The notes below the pieces were generated by a model. The model did not search any database. It saw only the letters and a list, made by a program, of their open reading frames with translations, and had not been told where the DNA came from. DNA of 63,490 bases, filler included, from Octopus bimaculoides (lineage: Eukaryota): assembly GCF_001194135.2 (NCBI RefSeq). It is 8 parts of 7 records of this genome, joined end to end, with 100 filler letters (N's around TTAATTAATTAA, not from the genome) between each part and the next. Parts side by side here need not be neighbours in the genome. Positions count along the whole stretch, not along the records: positions 50,394 to 51,947 come from NC_068990.1; positions 52,048 to 58,074 come from NC_068997.1; positions 58,175 to 61,741 come from NW_026361697.1; positions 61,842 to 63,490 come from NC_068997.1; 4 more parts are not named here. One strand, given 5' to 3'. Shown here piece after piece: positions 51,909 through 63,490 of this stretch. Both the position numbers and the translations under genes were made by a program. Each line of letters begins with the position of its first letter. Positions within the stretch are counted from its first letter, which is position 1.

Positions 51909-51947
51909 ATCAGGAAAATCTAGATAGTAGTCACACAACAATGCCAA

Positions 51948-52047
51948 NNNNNNNNNNNNNNNNNNNNNNNNNNNNNNNNNNNNNNNNNNNNTTAATTAAT
52001 TAANNNNNNNNNNNNNNNNNNNNNNNNNNNNNNNNNNNNNNNNNNNN
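51948..52047. other. Synthetic scaffold spacer
   Basis: Linker at 51992-52003 with 44 N on each side. Confidence 0.95.
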
Positions 52048-52094
<47 letters not shown>

Positions 52095-52893
52095 CACACA
52101 CGCACAAATACACACACATATATTAGATATGTATGTGTGTATGTGCATATATTTATAACACACTCTCACACTACAAAATCAGTGAAAGGCAGCCACGCAT
52201 CCATGCACACATGCTCTCAATCATACACACACACACACACGCACGCACGCACACACACACAGAGAAAACGTGGGAACATATATCCCAACATTACTGACAA
52301 GGCTGCTGGTATTTGTAAAAGTAAGGGGTCGCAGTGAGCTGATCTCGAAACAAAATTGGGTCCAACCATTTAAGGAGGGATGTCGTTAGATTCGAACGCT
52401 GACACTACAGACCCTATTAATCATTGATGACATTATGGCTAATTTCATCTGGAATCTCTCTTTTTCTCTTTCTTCTTTCTTTCTTTATCTCTCACTTCCT
52501 TAACCTCTTTATTTATCTCTCTCTCCTTCTTTTCTCTCTTTCTCTTTCTCACATGTATGTGTGTGTGTGTGTGTGCGTGCGCACCTTTCTGTTTGCTTTT
52601 ATGTACATAAAATATACATAATATACATATATATATATATATATATANNNNNNNNNNNNNNNNNNNNNNNNNNNNNNNNNNNNNNNNNNNNNNNNNNNNN
52701 NNNNNNNNNNNNNNNNNNNNNNNNNNNNNNNNNNNNNNNNNNNNNNNNNNNNNNNNNNNNNNNNNNNNNNNNNNNNNNNNNNNNNNNNNNNNNNNNNNNN
52801 NNNNNNNNNNNNNNNNNNNNNNTATATACGTATGAACGAATTTCACATGTGCATGTTGTGTGTGTGGTTATATATAAAAAGGCAATTCAATGA

Positions 52894-52940
52894 CGTGTTA
52901 CTCTGGAGTTTCCACTGCGCGTTGCTGCTTCTTCAGGCAA
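52894..52940 (-). ncRNA. Degenerate hammerhead-like motif
   Basis: Minus strand: CUGAAGA...GAAACUCCAGAGUAAC; the 3' half nearly matches the 36097-36111 motif; stems I and II not paired. Confidence 0.35.
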
Positions 52941-53324
52941 GCGAGGCAGAGTGATAGATGTGACCGACACATACATACATACATACATACATACATACAT
53001 ACATACATACATACATAGTTTTCCATGTGGTGTGTATTTCACTGATTACTGCTACGATCTCTTCAGAAACGGTTGTTTCTTTGCATTTCTCAAAGAAGAT
53101 AACTATTTCTTTTACCACCATTTGTATTAATGGCAAAAATGATAGGAGATAGTATTCATTATTCAGGAGAACGCATAGTATTCTATGCCAAGGTGTCTGT
53201 ATTTCGACGCCATCAGCATATATTTACCTATATCATTTGTATTTATAATCATAGGTGCATTTATGCAAGAACCAAGAAATAATAGGTTTTACAAAGAACG
53301 AGCAAAAGAAACGAGCTTTCGTCC

Positions 53325-53725
53325 TAGCCTTATGGCTCCGTGTTCAGTCTCTGTGCAAATTTCTTCTACTATAGCCTCAGTCCGACCAAAGCCTTGTAAG
53401 TGGATCTGGTAGACGATAACTGAAAGTAGCCCATCGTATATATGTGTGCGTGTGTCTGTGTGTCTGTATGTGTGTGTTTGTGTGTGTGAGTGTCTATTTA
53501 TGTATTTGTGTGTTTTTGTATCTGTGTTTGTCCCCCACCATCGCTTGACAACTGACGCTGGTGTGTTTATCCCCCCCCCATAACTTAGCGGTTCAGCAAA
53601 AGAACCGATAGAATAAATACTAGGCTTACAAAGAGTAAATTTTGGGGTCAATTTCTTCAACTAAAAAAATCCTTTAAAGACGGTGCTGCAGAATGGCTGC
53701 AGTTAAATAATTAAAACAAGTAAAA
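53325..53725 (+). mobile_element. SINE family E
   Basis: Both halves with an internal (TG)n-like tract. Confidence 0.85.
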
Positions 53726-53749
53726 GAAAATATATATATTTTGTTGCAC

Positions 53750-53966
53750 TCTTGATTCCTAGATCATGGGTTCGATTCCATGACTAGGCGGCGCTCTGTG
53801 TTCTTGATCAAAACACTTCACATTGCTCCAGTTCCCTTTCGATCAAGGGGCAGTATTTGCTTGCTCGCCTAACCAGCTGGGTGACGTCATTTGAAGGCTA
53901 AAAAATGCAAAAGCTCATTGTGATCAACTATCTGTAACATCTGATAGCCTGGTCAGTCACGTGATA
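53750..53966 (+). mobile_element. SINE family F (core-like segment, third tail)
   Basis: B box gggttcgattcc, core-like ttgatcaaaacacttcacattgctccag. Confidence 0.55.
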
Positions 53967-55017
53967 TCTATATATATATATATATATATATATACTCTTT
54001 TACTTGTTTCAGTCATTTAACTGCAGCCATGCTGGAGCACCGCCTTTAGTCGAGCAAATCGACCCCCAGGACTCATTGTTCGATTGATCGATAAACAAAT
54101 AGATTGAGAGATAGATATATGTAGCTATGTGTACGAGACATGGCGGAAGACAGTGTGGAGTGCATGTTTCTCCTATCACCGCGTGACAACCGGTGCTGGT
54201 TTGTTTACATCCTCATAATATGGATCAAAGCAGTATACATGTAACTCCCAATAAATTTGTTGAGTGCCCTTCTTTCGTTTGTCCACTCACTCGTATATAT
54301 ATATATATAAACAAATAGTAAATGAGTATATGTATATATACGTACAGGTATGTGCATACCGACATCCACCTGTATGTATAGGTGCATATCTGGGTACAGG
54401 ACATTGCAAACAAAACAGAGACGAGAAAACACGCAAGCCACATAGAGAACATTCTACTTCATCAGCTACCTCCGTTTTAACACCGGCGTTTCGAAGAGCT
54501 AACGAATGAATGTATGTGTTCGATGGACTTCCACACAGTTCCAGTCTACAAAATTCACTCACAAAGCATTGGTAAGCTCGGAGCTTTAGTAAAAAGTGCA
54601 CATGCCTAAGGTTCCTGCGCAAGTGGAAACTGAACCCAAAACTCTGTGATTACAAAGCGAGATTCTTAACCACACAGCCATGTCTGCGACGTCCTTGGTC
54701 ATTGGTCGTCTCAGTCACGATGAACAATGGGACAAAAGAAAACAACTACAGCAATAGCGTTTCCGTCAATCAGACACTCTGCTAACTAATGACAGCCCCT
54801 CATCTTTCATGGAACAAACGAATATTAACGAAAACCAAAAATTGAATTAAAGAAAAATATGAAATAAATTTCGAAGACAAAAGGAAGAACACAAAATATC
54901 ATGATAAAAACTATTTATAAAAATGTACTTTCATCGGCTGAGGAACGAAAAAATATAATGTAATTGTTTATAAAACGCTAAAATTCTATTCATTATTCCA
55001 ACGGCAAAATTTTCGAC

Positions 55018-55065
<48 letters not shown>

Positions 55066-55538
55066 TTATTGTGGGGGAGGAGCGACAGGCAATGGAGAGA
55101 AGCATAGGATAGTTTAGAATCAACAAAATTATATATATATATATATATATATACATGTGTATACGTGTGTGTTTACATATATGTATATATGAATATATGT
55201 CTACATATATACATACATAAATATACATATACATACTCATACATATGTTTCCGTGTGGGAGGTGCTTTGTGAAGCGATGTCTGTGTGTGTGTGTTTGTGT
55301 GTGTATGCTTTTGCGTGTGTATGTGTCGTCGTGTCTGTGTGTTTGCGTATGGATGTGAATGAGCGTGGGTGTTACATTAAATCCTTGTAATATACATACA
55401 AGGAAAAATCTTGTTGGTATGTAAACGTTAATGTCACGAGAGTGCCTGATATCTTGAACTTTAACTATTTACATGAATATGTGTAAAGCAATGTAATATA
55501 ACATATATATATGTATATATGTGTATATAGAGACATTT

Positions 55539-55599
<61 letters not shown>

Positions 55600-56031
55600 N
55601 NNNNNNNNNNNNNNNNNNNNNNNNNNNNNNNNNNNNNNNNNNNNNNNNNNNNNNNNNNNNNNNNNNNNNNNNNNNNNNNNNNNNNNNNNNNNNNNNNNNN
55701 NNNNNNNNNNNNNNNNNNNNNNNNNNNNNNNNNNNNNNNNNNNNNNNNNNNNNNNNNNNNNNNNNNNNNNNNNNNNNNNNNNNNNNNNNNNNNNNNNNNN
55801 NNNNNNNNNNNNNNNNNNNNNNNNNNNNNNNNNNNNNNNNNNNNNNNNNNNNNNNNNNNNNNNNNNNNNNNNNNNNNNNNNNNNNNNNNNNNNNNNNNNN
55901 NNNNNNNNNNNNNNNNNNNNNNNNNNNNNNNNNNNNNNNNNNNNNNNNNNNNNNNNNNNNNNNNNNNNNNNNNNNNNNNNNNNNNNNNNNNNNNNNNNNN
56001 NNNNNNNNNNNNNNNNNNNNNNNNNNNNNNN

Positions 56032-56109
<78 letters not shown>

Positions 56110-56707
56110 TGTGTGTGTTTGTGTGCGTGTGTGTGTCTGTGCTTGTGTGTGCCATGTCAATAAATTTTTAATTAAATTGAGGTTCTAGTGTGTGTGTGTG
56201 TGCATGCATGTTTGTATGTGTATGTATACGTGTGTAAAAAAGGAAGAGTAAAAGAGGTAAGGGTTGTGGGGTGGGGTGTCGAAAACGCACAGGTCGAAGG
56301 GTGCTAGCAGATCCTTAATGAACAAAGTCACATTCGTTTAATTAGTTTCATTTAACGGTTAGCACAACACACACACACGCACACACGCACACACAATACA
56401 GCACAACACACACACACGCACACACGCACACACAATACAGCACAGGCACACAACACAAACGCACACACACACACAACACAAACGCACACACACACACACA
56501 ACCCAAACGCACACGCTCTCTCACTCTGCCTCTCTCTCCTTTTCTCTTACCTTTTGCCANNNNNNNNNNNNNNNNNNNNNNNNNNNNNNNNNNNNNNNNN
56601 NNNNNNNNNNNNNNNNNNNNNNNNNNNNNNNNNNNNNNTCGAAACTGGGTTCTCATTCCTAAGGTATTTTTCGATGTTATTATTATTATTATTATCATTA
56701 TTATTAC

Positions 56708-56799
<92 letters not shown>

Positions 56800-56958
56800 T
56801 TATTATTGTTGTTGTTCAGGTCACTGAGCGCGGACTACTAACCCCAAGATTCCCATATCGATTCCTAGCAGTGACCTGAACAACAACAATAATAATAATA
56901 ATAATAACATCGAAAAATAATTTAAGAATGAGAACCCTGGTTCGAAATTTCCTCCAAG

Positions 56959-57002
56959 ACACCTGAAGAAGGCTGGAGGGTATATCAGCCGAAATGTTGT
57001 GT
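56959..57002 (+). ncRNA. Minimal type I hammerhead ribozyme motif
   Basis: Stem I acac/gtgt; CUGAAGA plus extra A; stem II GGCUG/CAGCC; GAAA-U-GUU (canonical GAAAC-GUU has C where this copy has U). Confidence 0.7.
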
Positions 57003-57707
57003 AAACAACAAACAAGATGAGGACAAATATCCGTCGAATGTAAATAATGTAAATAATGTAAATAATGTAAATAATGTAAATAGTGACCTGAACAATAATA
57101 ATGATAATAATAACTGTGCTTTTGTATGTGCCAAGCTACACTTTTGTGTACGAGAAGACGGTAGTTCTATGCGTGACTAGCCTGTACTTTAATGTAACAA
57201 GGCTGTGTTTCTGAATGTGACATGTACGTTTGACCCAATCCATTTCACTCACAAAGCATGGCTCAACCTGATGTTATACAACATATTTGTGTAAGATGCC
57301 GTATTGTAGGACTGAACACACGATCTTGTGATTGCAAAGCGAACTTTGTAAACCATTACGACACGTTACAATTATGCTGTTTAAATAATCCTACTGGTGT
57401 TTAACATAATTATGAATAATTCGTCTTTCAAGACGTTTAAAGAATTAATAAGGATTTTCTAAAGCCATTAATTATATCCTTAAAAAGGCCGAGACGCACC
57501 TGGGAACCCTCTAGCAAAGCACCGTTTCAGAGCCACTGATGTAAATGATCCCTTCTTGGCTCGTTAATAAAGTGAGCGATCCGGTTTCCAGTCACAGCCG
57601 AAACCGCTTCACGTGAACGCACACAATGGCATAATATTCTTTCCATTTCTCATAGTAAATGAAAAAAAAAAGTGAGAAAATATTAACAACGACAACAACA
57701 ACAACAC

Positions 57708-57772
<65 letters not shown>

Positions 57773-58074
57773 TTTCATACTGAGATAAGGAATTATTTTG
57801 TAAGACGAGTAGCAAGAGCAGTGATGTGCAGAGGCGCGCATTTGAGTGCAATGGTGCGCGGTGATGTGTTACAGGTCACTGATATGGGTTCCATTAATCT
57901 AAATATGTCAGTAATAATTTAGGCAATGAATGAATGTCTCAACTTCATTGTGTTCCAGGATGAGAATTAGCAAATCTCACTTTGCAAAACGCTTGAGCAG
58001 GCACTACATGAATCACGTACATACACACACACATACATATTAGACATACATATATAAATATATATATATATATA

Positions 58075-58174
58075 NNNNNNNNNNNNNNNNNNNNNNNNNN
58101 NNNNNNNNNNNNNNNNNNTTAATTAATTAANNNNNNNNNNNNNNNNNNNNNNNNNNNNNNNNNNNNNNNNNNNN
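58075..58174. other. Synthetic scaffold spacer
   Basis: Linker at 58119-58130 with 44 N on each side. Confidence 0.95.
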
Positions 58175-58990
58175 ATACATACATACATACATACATATAT
58201 ACGAACATTGACATATGTATGCAACACATATACATATATATGCTTTTACATATATACACATTTATATACATATACATGCATATATATATTTGTATGTATA
58301 TATATATATGTANNNNNNNNNNNNNNNNNNNNNNNNNNNNNNNNNNNNNNNNNNNNNNNNNNNNNNNNNNNNNNNNNNNNNNNNNNNNNNNNNNNNNNNN
58401 NNNNNNNNNNNNNNNNNNNNNNNNNNNNNNNNNNNNNNNNNNNNNNNNNNNNNNNNNNNNNNNNNNNNNNNNNNNNNNNNNNNNNNNNNNNNNNNNNNNN
58501 NNNNNNNNNNNNNNNNNNNNNNNNNNNNNNNNNNNNNNNNNNNNNNNNNNNNNNNNNNNNNNNNNNNNNNNNNNNNNNNNNNNNNNNNNNNNNNNNNNNN
58601 NNNNNNNNNNNNNNNNNNNNNNNNNNNNNNNNNNNNNNNNNNNNNNNNNNNNNNNNNNNNNNNNNNNNNNNNNNNNNNNNNNNNNNNNNNNNNNNNNNNN
58701 NNNNNNNNNNNNNNNNNNNNNNNNNNNNNNNNNNNNNNNNNNNNNNNNNNNNNNNNNNNNNNNNNNNNNNNNNNNNNNNNNNNNNNNNNNNNNNNNNNNN
58801 NNNNNNNNNNNNNNNNNNNNNNNNNNNNNNNNNNNNNNNNNNNNNNNNNNNNNNNNNNNNNNNNNNNNNNNNNNNNNNNNNNNNNNNNNNNNNNNNNNNN
58901 NNNNNNNNNNNNNNNNNNNNNNNNNNNNNNNNNNNNNNNNNNNNNNNNNNNNNNNNNNNNNNNNNNNNNNNNNNNNNNNNNNNNNNNNNN

Positions 58991-59026
<36 letters not shown>

Positions 59027-59239
59027 ATGTACATATATACTTAGTTGTGTATGTAAACTTATATACATACATACATGCACCTAAATGCATATATAATATA
59101 TGCGCAAATATATTCAAATGCGAGTGAGAATGAAAATATACAAATGCGATTTAACAGAAATCTTGTGTTTGATAGATAAACATTTTGGCATGAAAGATAA
59201 ATAGAGAGGTATAAATAAACATGGAGACGAATGGACGGA

Positions 59240-59258
59240 TAGATAGTCAGACAGACAA

Positions 59259-59309
<51 letters not shown>

Positions 59310-59451
59310 GGTAGGCAGGTNNNNNNNNNNNNNNNNNNNNNNNNNNNNNNNNNNNNNNNNNNNNNNNNNNNNNNNNNNNNNNNNNNNNNNNNNNNNNNNN
59401 NNNNNNNNNNNNNNNNNNNNNNNNNNNNNNNNNNNNNNNTCAGACAGACAA

Positions 59452-59502
<51 letters not shown>

Positions 59503-59544
59503 GGTAGGCAGGTAGACAGGTAGGCAGGTAGACAGGTAGACAGG

Positions 59545-59603
<59 letters not shown>

Positions 59604-59625
59604 GCAGAAAGAGAGNNNNNNNNNN

Positions 59626-59676
<51 letters not shown>

Positions 59677-59700
59677 AACAGACAGACAGACAGACAGACA
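59240..59700. repeat. Compound (GACA)n-(GGTA/GGCA)-(GATA)n-(GA)n microsatellite
   Basis: Direct reading, spans two small gaps. Confidence 0.95.
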
Positions 59701-61179
59701 GTGGCCTCAGTGCTTTTTACGTGGCCCCAGCAGAGGCGAGGTTAGTTTTGGCAGGATTCTTTACAGCCGGATGTCCATCCAAATGCCGATCACTTTACAG
59801 TGTGGACTGGATGTTCTGTACGTGGCACCAGCACCGGCAAGGTCACCAAATAACTTGGAAGAGAAGGNNNNNNNNNNNNNNNNNNNNNNNNNNNNNNNNN
59901 NNNNNNNNNNNNNNNNNNNNNNNNNNNNNNNNNNNNNNNNNNNNNNNNNNNNNNNNNNNNNNNNNNNNNNNNNNNNNNNNNNNNNNNNNNNNNNNNNNNN
60001 NNNNNNNNNNNNNNNNNNNNNNNNNNNNNNNNNNNNNNNNNNNNNNNNNNNNNNNNNNNNNNNNNNNNNNNNNNNNNNNNNNNNNNNNNNNNNNNNNNNN
60101 NNNNNNNNNNNNNNNNNNNNNNNNNNNNNNNNNNNNNGCAAATGCGAAATGTAACGACATAATTTTTACTGAAATTCCAGGTAAAATCTTTTTCAAATCA
60201 CTCCCAAATTTTCTTTTAAAATATGTAGGGCACATTGATAATAACATGATATATATCGGTGGGAAAAATATTTTGAAAATATCTTCTTCGCCAACCGACA
60301 TTCAATACAAAATGTCGACCGAACACGCCCCGCCTCAACAGTCAATAACATTCGCGCAAACGAACACACACACAAAAAAAGGTTATAAATGGGGAAACGA
60401 ATACGCAACGAGACACACACACAAAACAAAAAAAAAACAGACACCAACAAGAAACAAAAAATAGTAACCATGTGTCTGGTATTTCTGACAGAAACAAGAG
60501 TTTACTTGAAAACAACAGGGTAACAATAACGACAGCCATAATAGCGACACAGATTTTCGTACATAGACGTTTGCATATGAGTCGTTGAACAGGGAGTTTC
60601 GAGGCTTGAGTAGGACAATGCTGAAGGCACAAGTTTAGCGGAACTGAATTACGGGAGCAGAGAATCAGAAACCTCACAAAAACAGGAGCACGGGAAAGGT
60701 CTTTCCTGAGCCCTCGATGAGTGAGTCACAGTATTAGTCGATGAATCTTTTCTATCCTCAAGAAACTGAAACGTACGGCACTACGTTCTTTTCTTTTGTT
60801 CTTTTATTTGCTTCACTCATTTGACTGCGGCCATGGTGGAACACCACCTTAAAAGATTTTAGTCGAACAAATCGACCCCAGGACTTACTTTTTAAGCCCA
60901 GTACTTATTCTATCAGTTTCTTTTGCCGAACCACTAAGTCACGGGGACCACATTTGCCCGTACACCCGTAATACGATACATAAGTGAATGCAAGACAAGA
61001 ATGGCAGTTGGGAGAATTTGTAGTGATATTAACCCACAGTGAGTCGTTAAGTTCGTGTCGCAATACGAGTGGGTTATGGGAGCTGGAGCGATAAGAAATG
61101 TTGTCAGAAGTGGGAAGTATCGATTTGCAAGTCTTATGACTTTACGAAACTACAAGGTCATTCCAGAACAGTGTCCTGG

Positions 61180-61385
61180 TATCCGAGCTAGGTAGCAATC
61201 AGCCCCTTTTACTACCATTCCTAGGGCACCTATGACAACAGGTATTGTTTTAGTCTTGAGATTCCACATTTTGCTAATTCCTATTTCAAGATCTTTATAC
61301 TTGCTCAGTTTTTTGGTAGGTCTTGACAGATACGTTTATATCGATTGGGACAGTCATATCAATGAAGAGGCATGATTTTTGTCTG
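61180..61385 (-). mobile_element. R4/Dong-like restriction-like endonuclease fragment
   Basis: QKSCLFIDMTVPIDINVSVKTYQK / (frameshift) LSKYKDLEIGISKMWNLKTKTIPVVIGALGMV. Confidence 0.85.
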
Positions 61386-61419
61386 AAGTTATTATTATTA
61401 TTACTATTATCATTGAGTG

Positions 61420-61741
61420 AGAGAGTAGTGCATGCCATCAAAGTGACACTGGGGTACAAATATACGAAGCCCATTATACCCATCATGACTACCCGTCTGA
61501 TAAGGGTACACCAGGCACATGCATCACAACCATACGTGCGCAACATGGTGATCTCATATCAAGATAAACAGCGCATGACCTCGCAGGTGGGGTCCAGTTA
61601 GAATTTTCTTCAGGTCGAGTAGCCCATCCCGCTCAGAAGGTCCCTGAATAAGGTTTGTTTAAGGATGTTGAGTAAAACACCCATGATTCCGGAGGTGAAT
61701 TATTCGAACCCCAAAGAATTCCTCTCAACACATGGCTATGA
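61420..61741 (-). mobile_element. Probable non-LTR retrotransposon 3' UTR ending in a (TAA)n tail
   Basis: GC-richer block ending (minus strand) ...ctctctcactcaatgataatagtaataataat, directly upstream of the REL fragment; family assignment by inference. Confidence 0.5.
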
Positions 61742-61841
61742 NNNNNNNNNNNNNNNNNNNNNNNNNNNNNNNNNNNNNNNNNNNNTTAATTAATTAANNN
61801 NNNNNNNNNNNNNNNNNNNNNNNNNNNNNNNNNNNNNNNNN
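61742..61841. other. Synthetic scaffold spacer
   Basis: Linker at 61786-61797 with 44 N on each side. Confidence 0.95.
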
Positions 61842-61872
<31 letters not shown>

Positions 61873-63027
61873 TATAATATAATATAATAATAACTACATG
61901 GGAATACCCCAAGCGTTACTCAGATCACTAGTACTTATGTATGTGTATGTACAGGTATGTGTGTGTGTAAGAATGTGTGAGTGTTCAACTGTGTGTGTGT
62001 GACCACATGTGTTGTCTGTTACAATTACAGGAGTGATAGAAATGAAATAAATAGCGAGAGAAATTAAATAAATAAAGATACAAATAAAATAGAAGAAAAT
62101 AAATCAATTGTAACGAATCTATCATTTGTTATTCACTAAATCACCCCCTCCCCTTCCTTCACATAGCTCTCTCTCTCTCTCTTCCTCTCTGTCTCTCTCC
62201 ATTTCTACTCACACCTTCCTCTCTCTTCTTGTATCTCTCTCTCTCTCTGTCTCTCTGTCTCTCCCTCCCTGTCTTACTGGCTCTCGTAAATTTATCTGTT
62301 GACTCTGATTCCGTGTAACCTAATTGGTCGATCGGATAGGATCCAAACTAGCCAGGCTGGCAGGCAAAAGGAACCAAGGAAGAGAAGAGAGAAGAGAAGG
62401 AACGAGAATGAAATGAATAAGAAGAAGAAGAAGAAGAAAGGAAAGTGACAAAAAAAAACAAAAAAGAGAAAACGCAAGAGAGAAAAATACGGCAAGAATC
62501 TCTAGCAACGAAAACTAGTTTGTATTTGTAGAATTAATATGAAGAAAGCCAACGGCATGAAAGTGAAAATGGAAAAAGAAAGCAAGAAATACAAGGCAGG
62601 CGATGCCAACCAACCAATGGTGCCAACGCCAACACATAAATGTCAGCCAACGACATAACAGACAGCAGTTCTTTGAGAGAGGAAAGGAATCGCAGACATT
62701 CTCTATAGTACACAACAACTTCCAATATAGAATCTAGCCAGCCAACTGGCGGCTTACACTGACTTGAGTAGACGAGAAAGCAACCAACGGAATCGTAAAA
62801 GATAGAATCGCCAAAAGCATAAGGGATATTGCCTTTATTTCTTCCATTCTACCTCCATAAATTCCACCTTGTTGTGCTTATATAGATCCCCGTTTTTCTC
62901 TTTCTCATTCTTTCATTGTGTGTGTGTGTGTGTCTGTATCACCNNNNNNNNNNNNNNNNNNNNNNNNNNNNNNNNNNNNNNNNNNNNNNNNNNNNNNNNN
63001 NNNNNNNNNNNNNNNNNNNNNNNNNNN

Positions 63028-63076
<49 letters not shown>

Positions 63077-63490
63077 AGTATGTACACACACACATAGATA
63101 TTTATACGCACACACCCATATATATGTGTATATACATGCACGTATGTATACAAAAGCATATACACAGCATAATGAAGACCTAATGAAGAGACACACTTTT
63201 GTTAATAAATATAAGTACTCTAAAATATGTACTTCCAGATTTGTTGTGTACTTTAATTAGTAGTATTTATTTCTATTTATGGAAACAAGAACTTCAGAAG
63301 AATTTGCCCGCGCATGAATGCATAAATTGCACACATGCACACACATATATGTTTGTATGTATGTATGTATGTATGTATGTGCGTGTGTGTGTTTGTGTGT
63401 GTATGTGTATATATATAAGTATATATAATATATAACATATATACATAATATATTATATACGTATATATATAAATATATGTGTGTGTGTGT

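Noticed and set aside
52933-53230. Approximately 65-codon open minus-strand frame
   Set aside because: No recognisable motif or convincing splice sites; runs into a microsatellite.
60138-60186. Possible exon end ANAKCNDIIFTEIP(G)|gtaaaa after a gap
   Set aside because: Acceptor and most of the exon would be in Ns; no recognisable homology.
60700-60780. cgatga...gaaacgta possible hammerhead
   Set aside because: Stem II is irregular and stem I is absent.

Overview
AT-rich, microsatellite-dense, heavily gapped eukaryotic genomic DNA. The SINE repertoire and simple-repeat load point to an octopus/cephalopod assembly (inference). Seven identical 100-bp synthetic spacers (N44-TTAATTAATTAA-N44) split the window into eight separately assembled segments, so adjacency across them is unproven. 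One gene is unambiguous: the last six coding exons (338 aa) of a neuroendocrine proprotein convertase PC1/3 (PCSK1-like) on the + strand at 16854-22579. They include the catalytic Ser, the P domain and a soluble C-terminal tail, and three of them are absent from the supplied ORF track. Its 5' exons were not found in the window. The rest is transposon-derived: at least five tRNA-derived SINE families, Tc1/mariner and pogo/Tigger relics, R4/Dong-like non-LTR fragments and Penelope-like elements. The most notable unannotated signal is a set of five sequence-distinct minimal type I hammerhead-ribozyme motifs (about 27961, 36072, 45201, 52894 and 56959). Three of them sit in fold-back inverted repeats, consistent with Penelope pseudo-LTR or retrozyme-like units. 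Almost all ORF-track entries are artefacts of microsatellites or N runs. TE boundaries are read by eye and are approximate unless terminal motifs are given.
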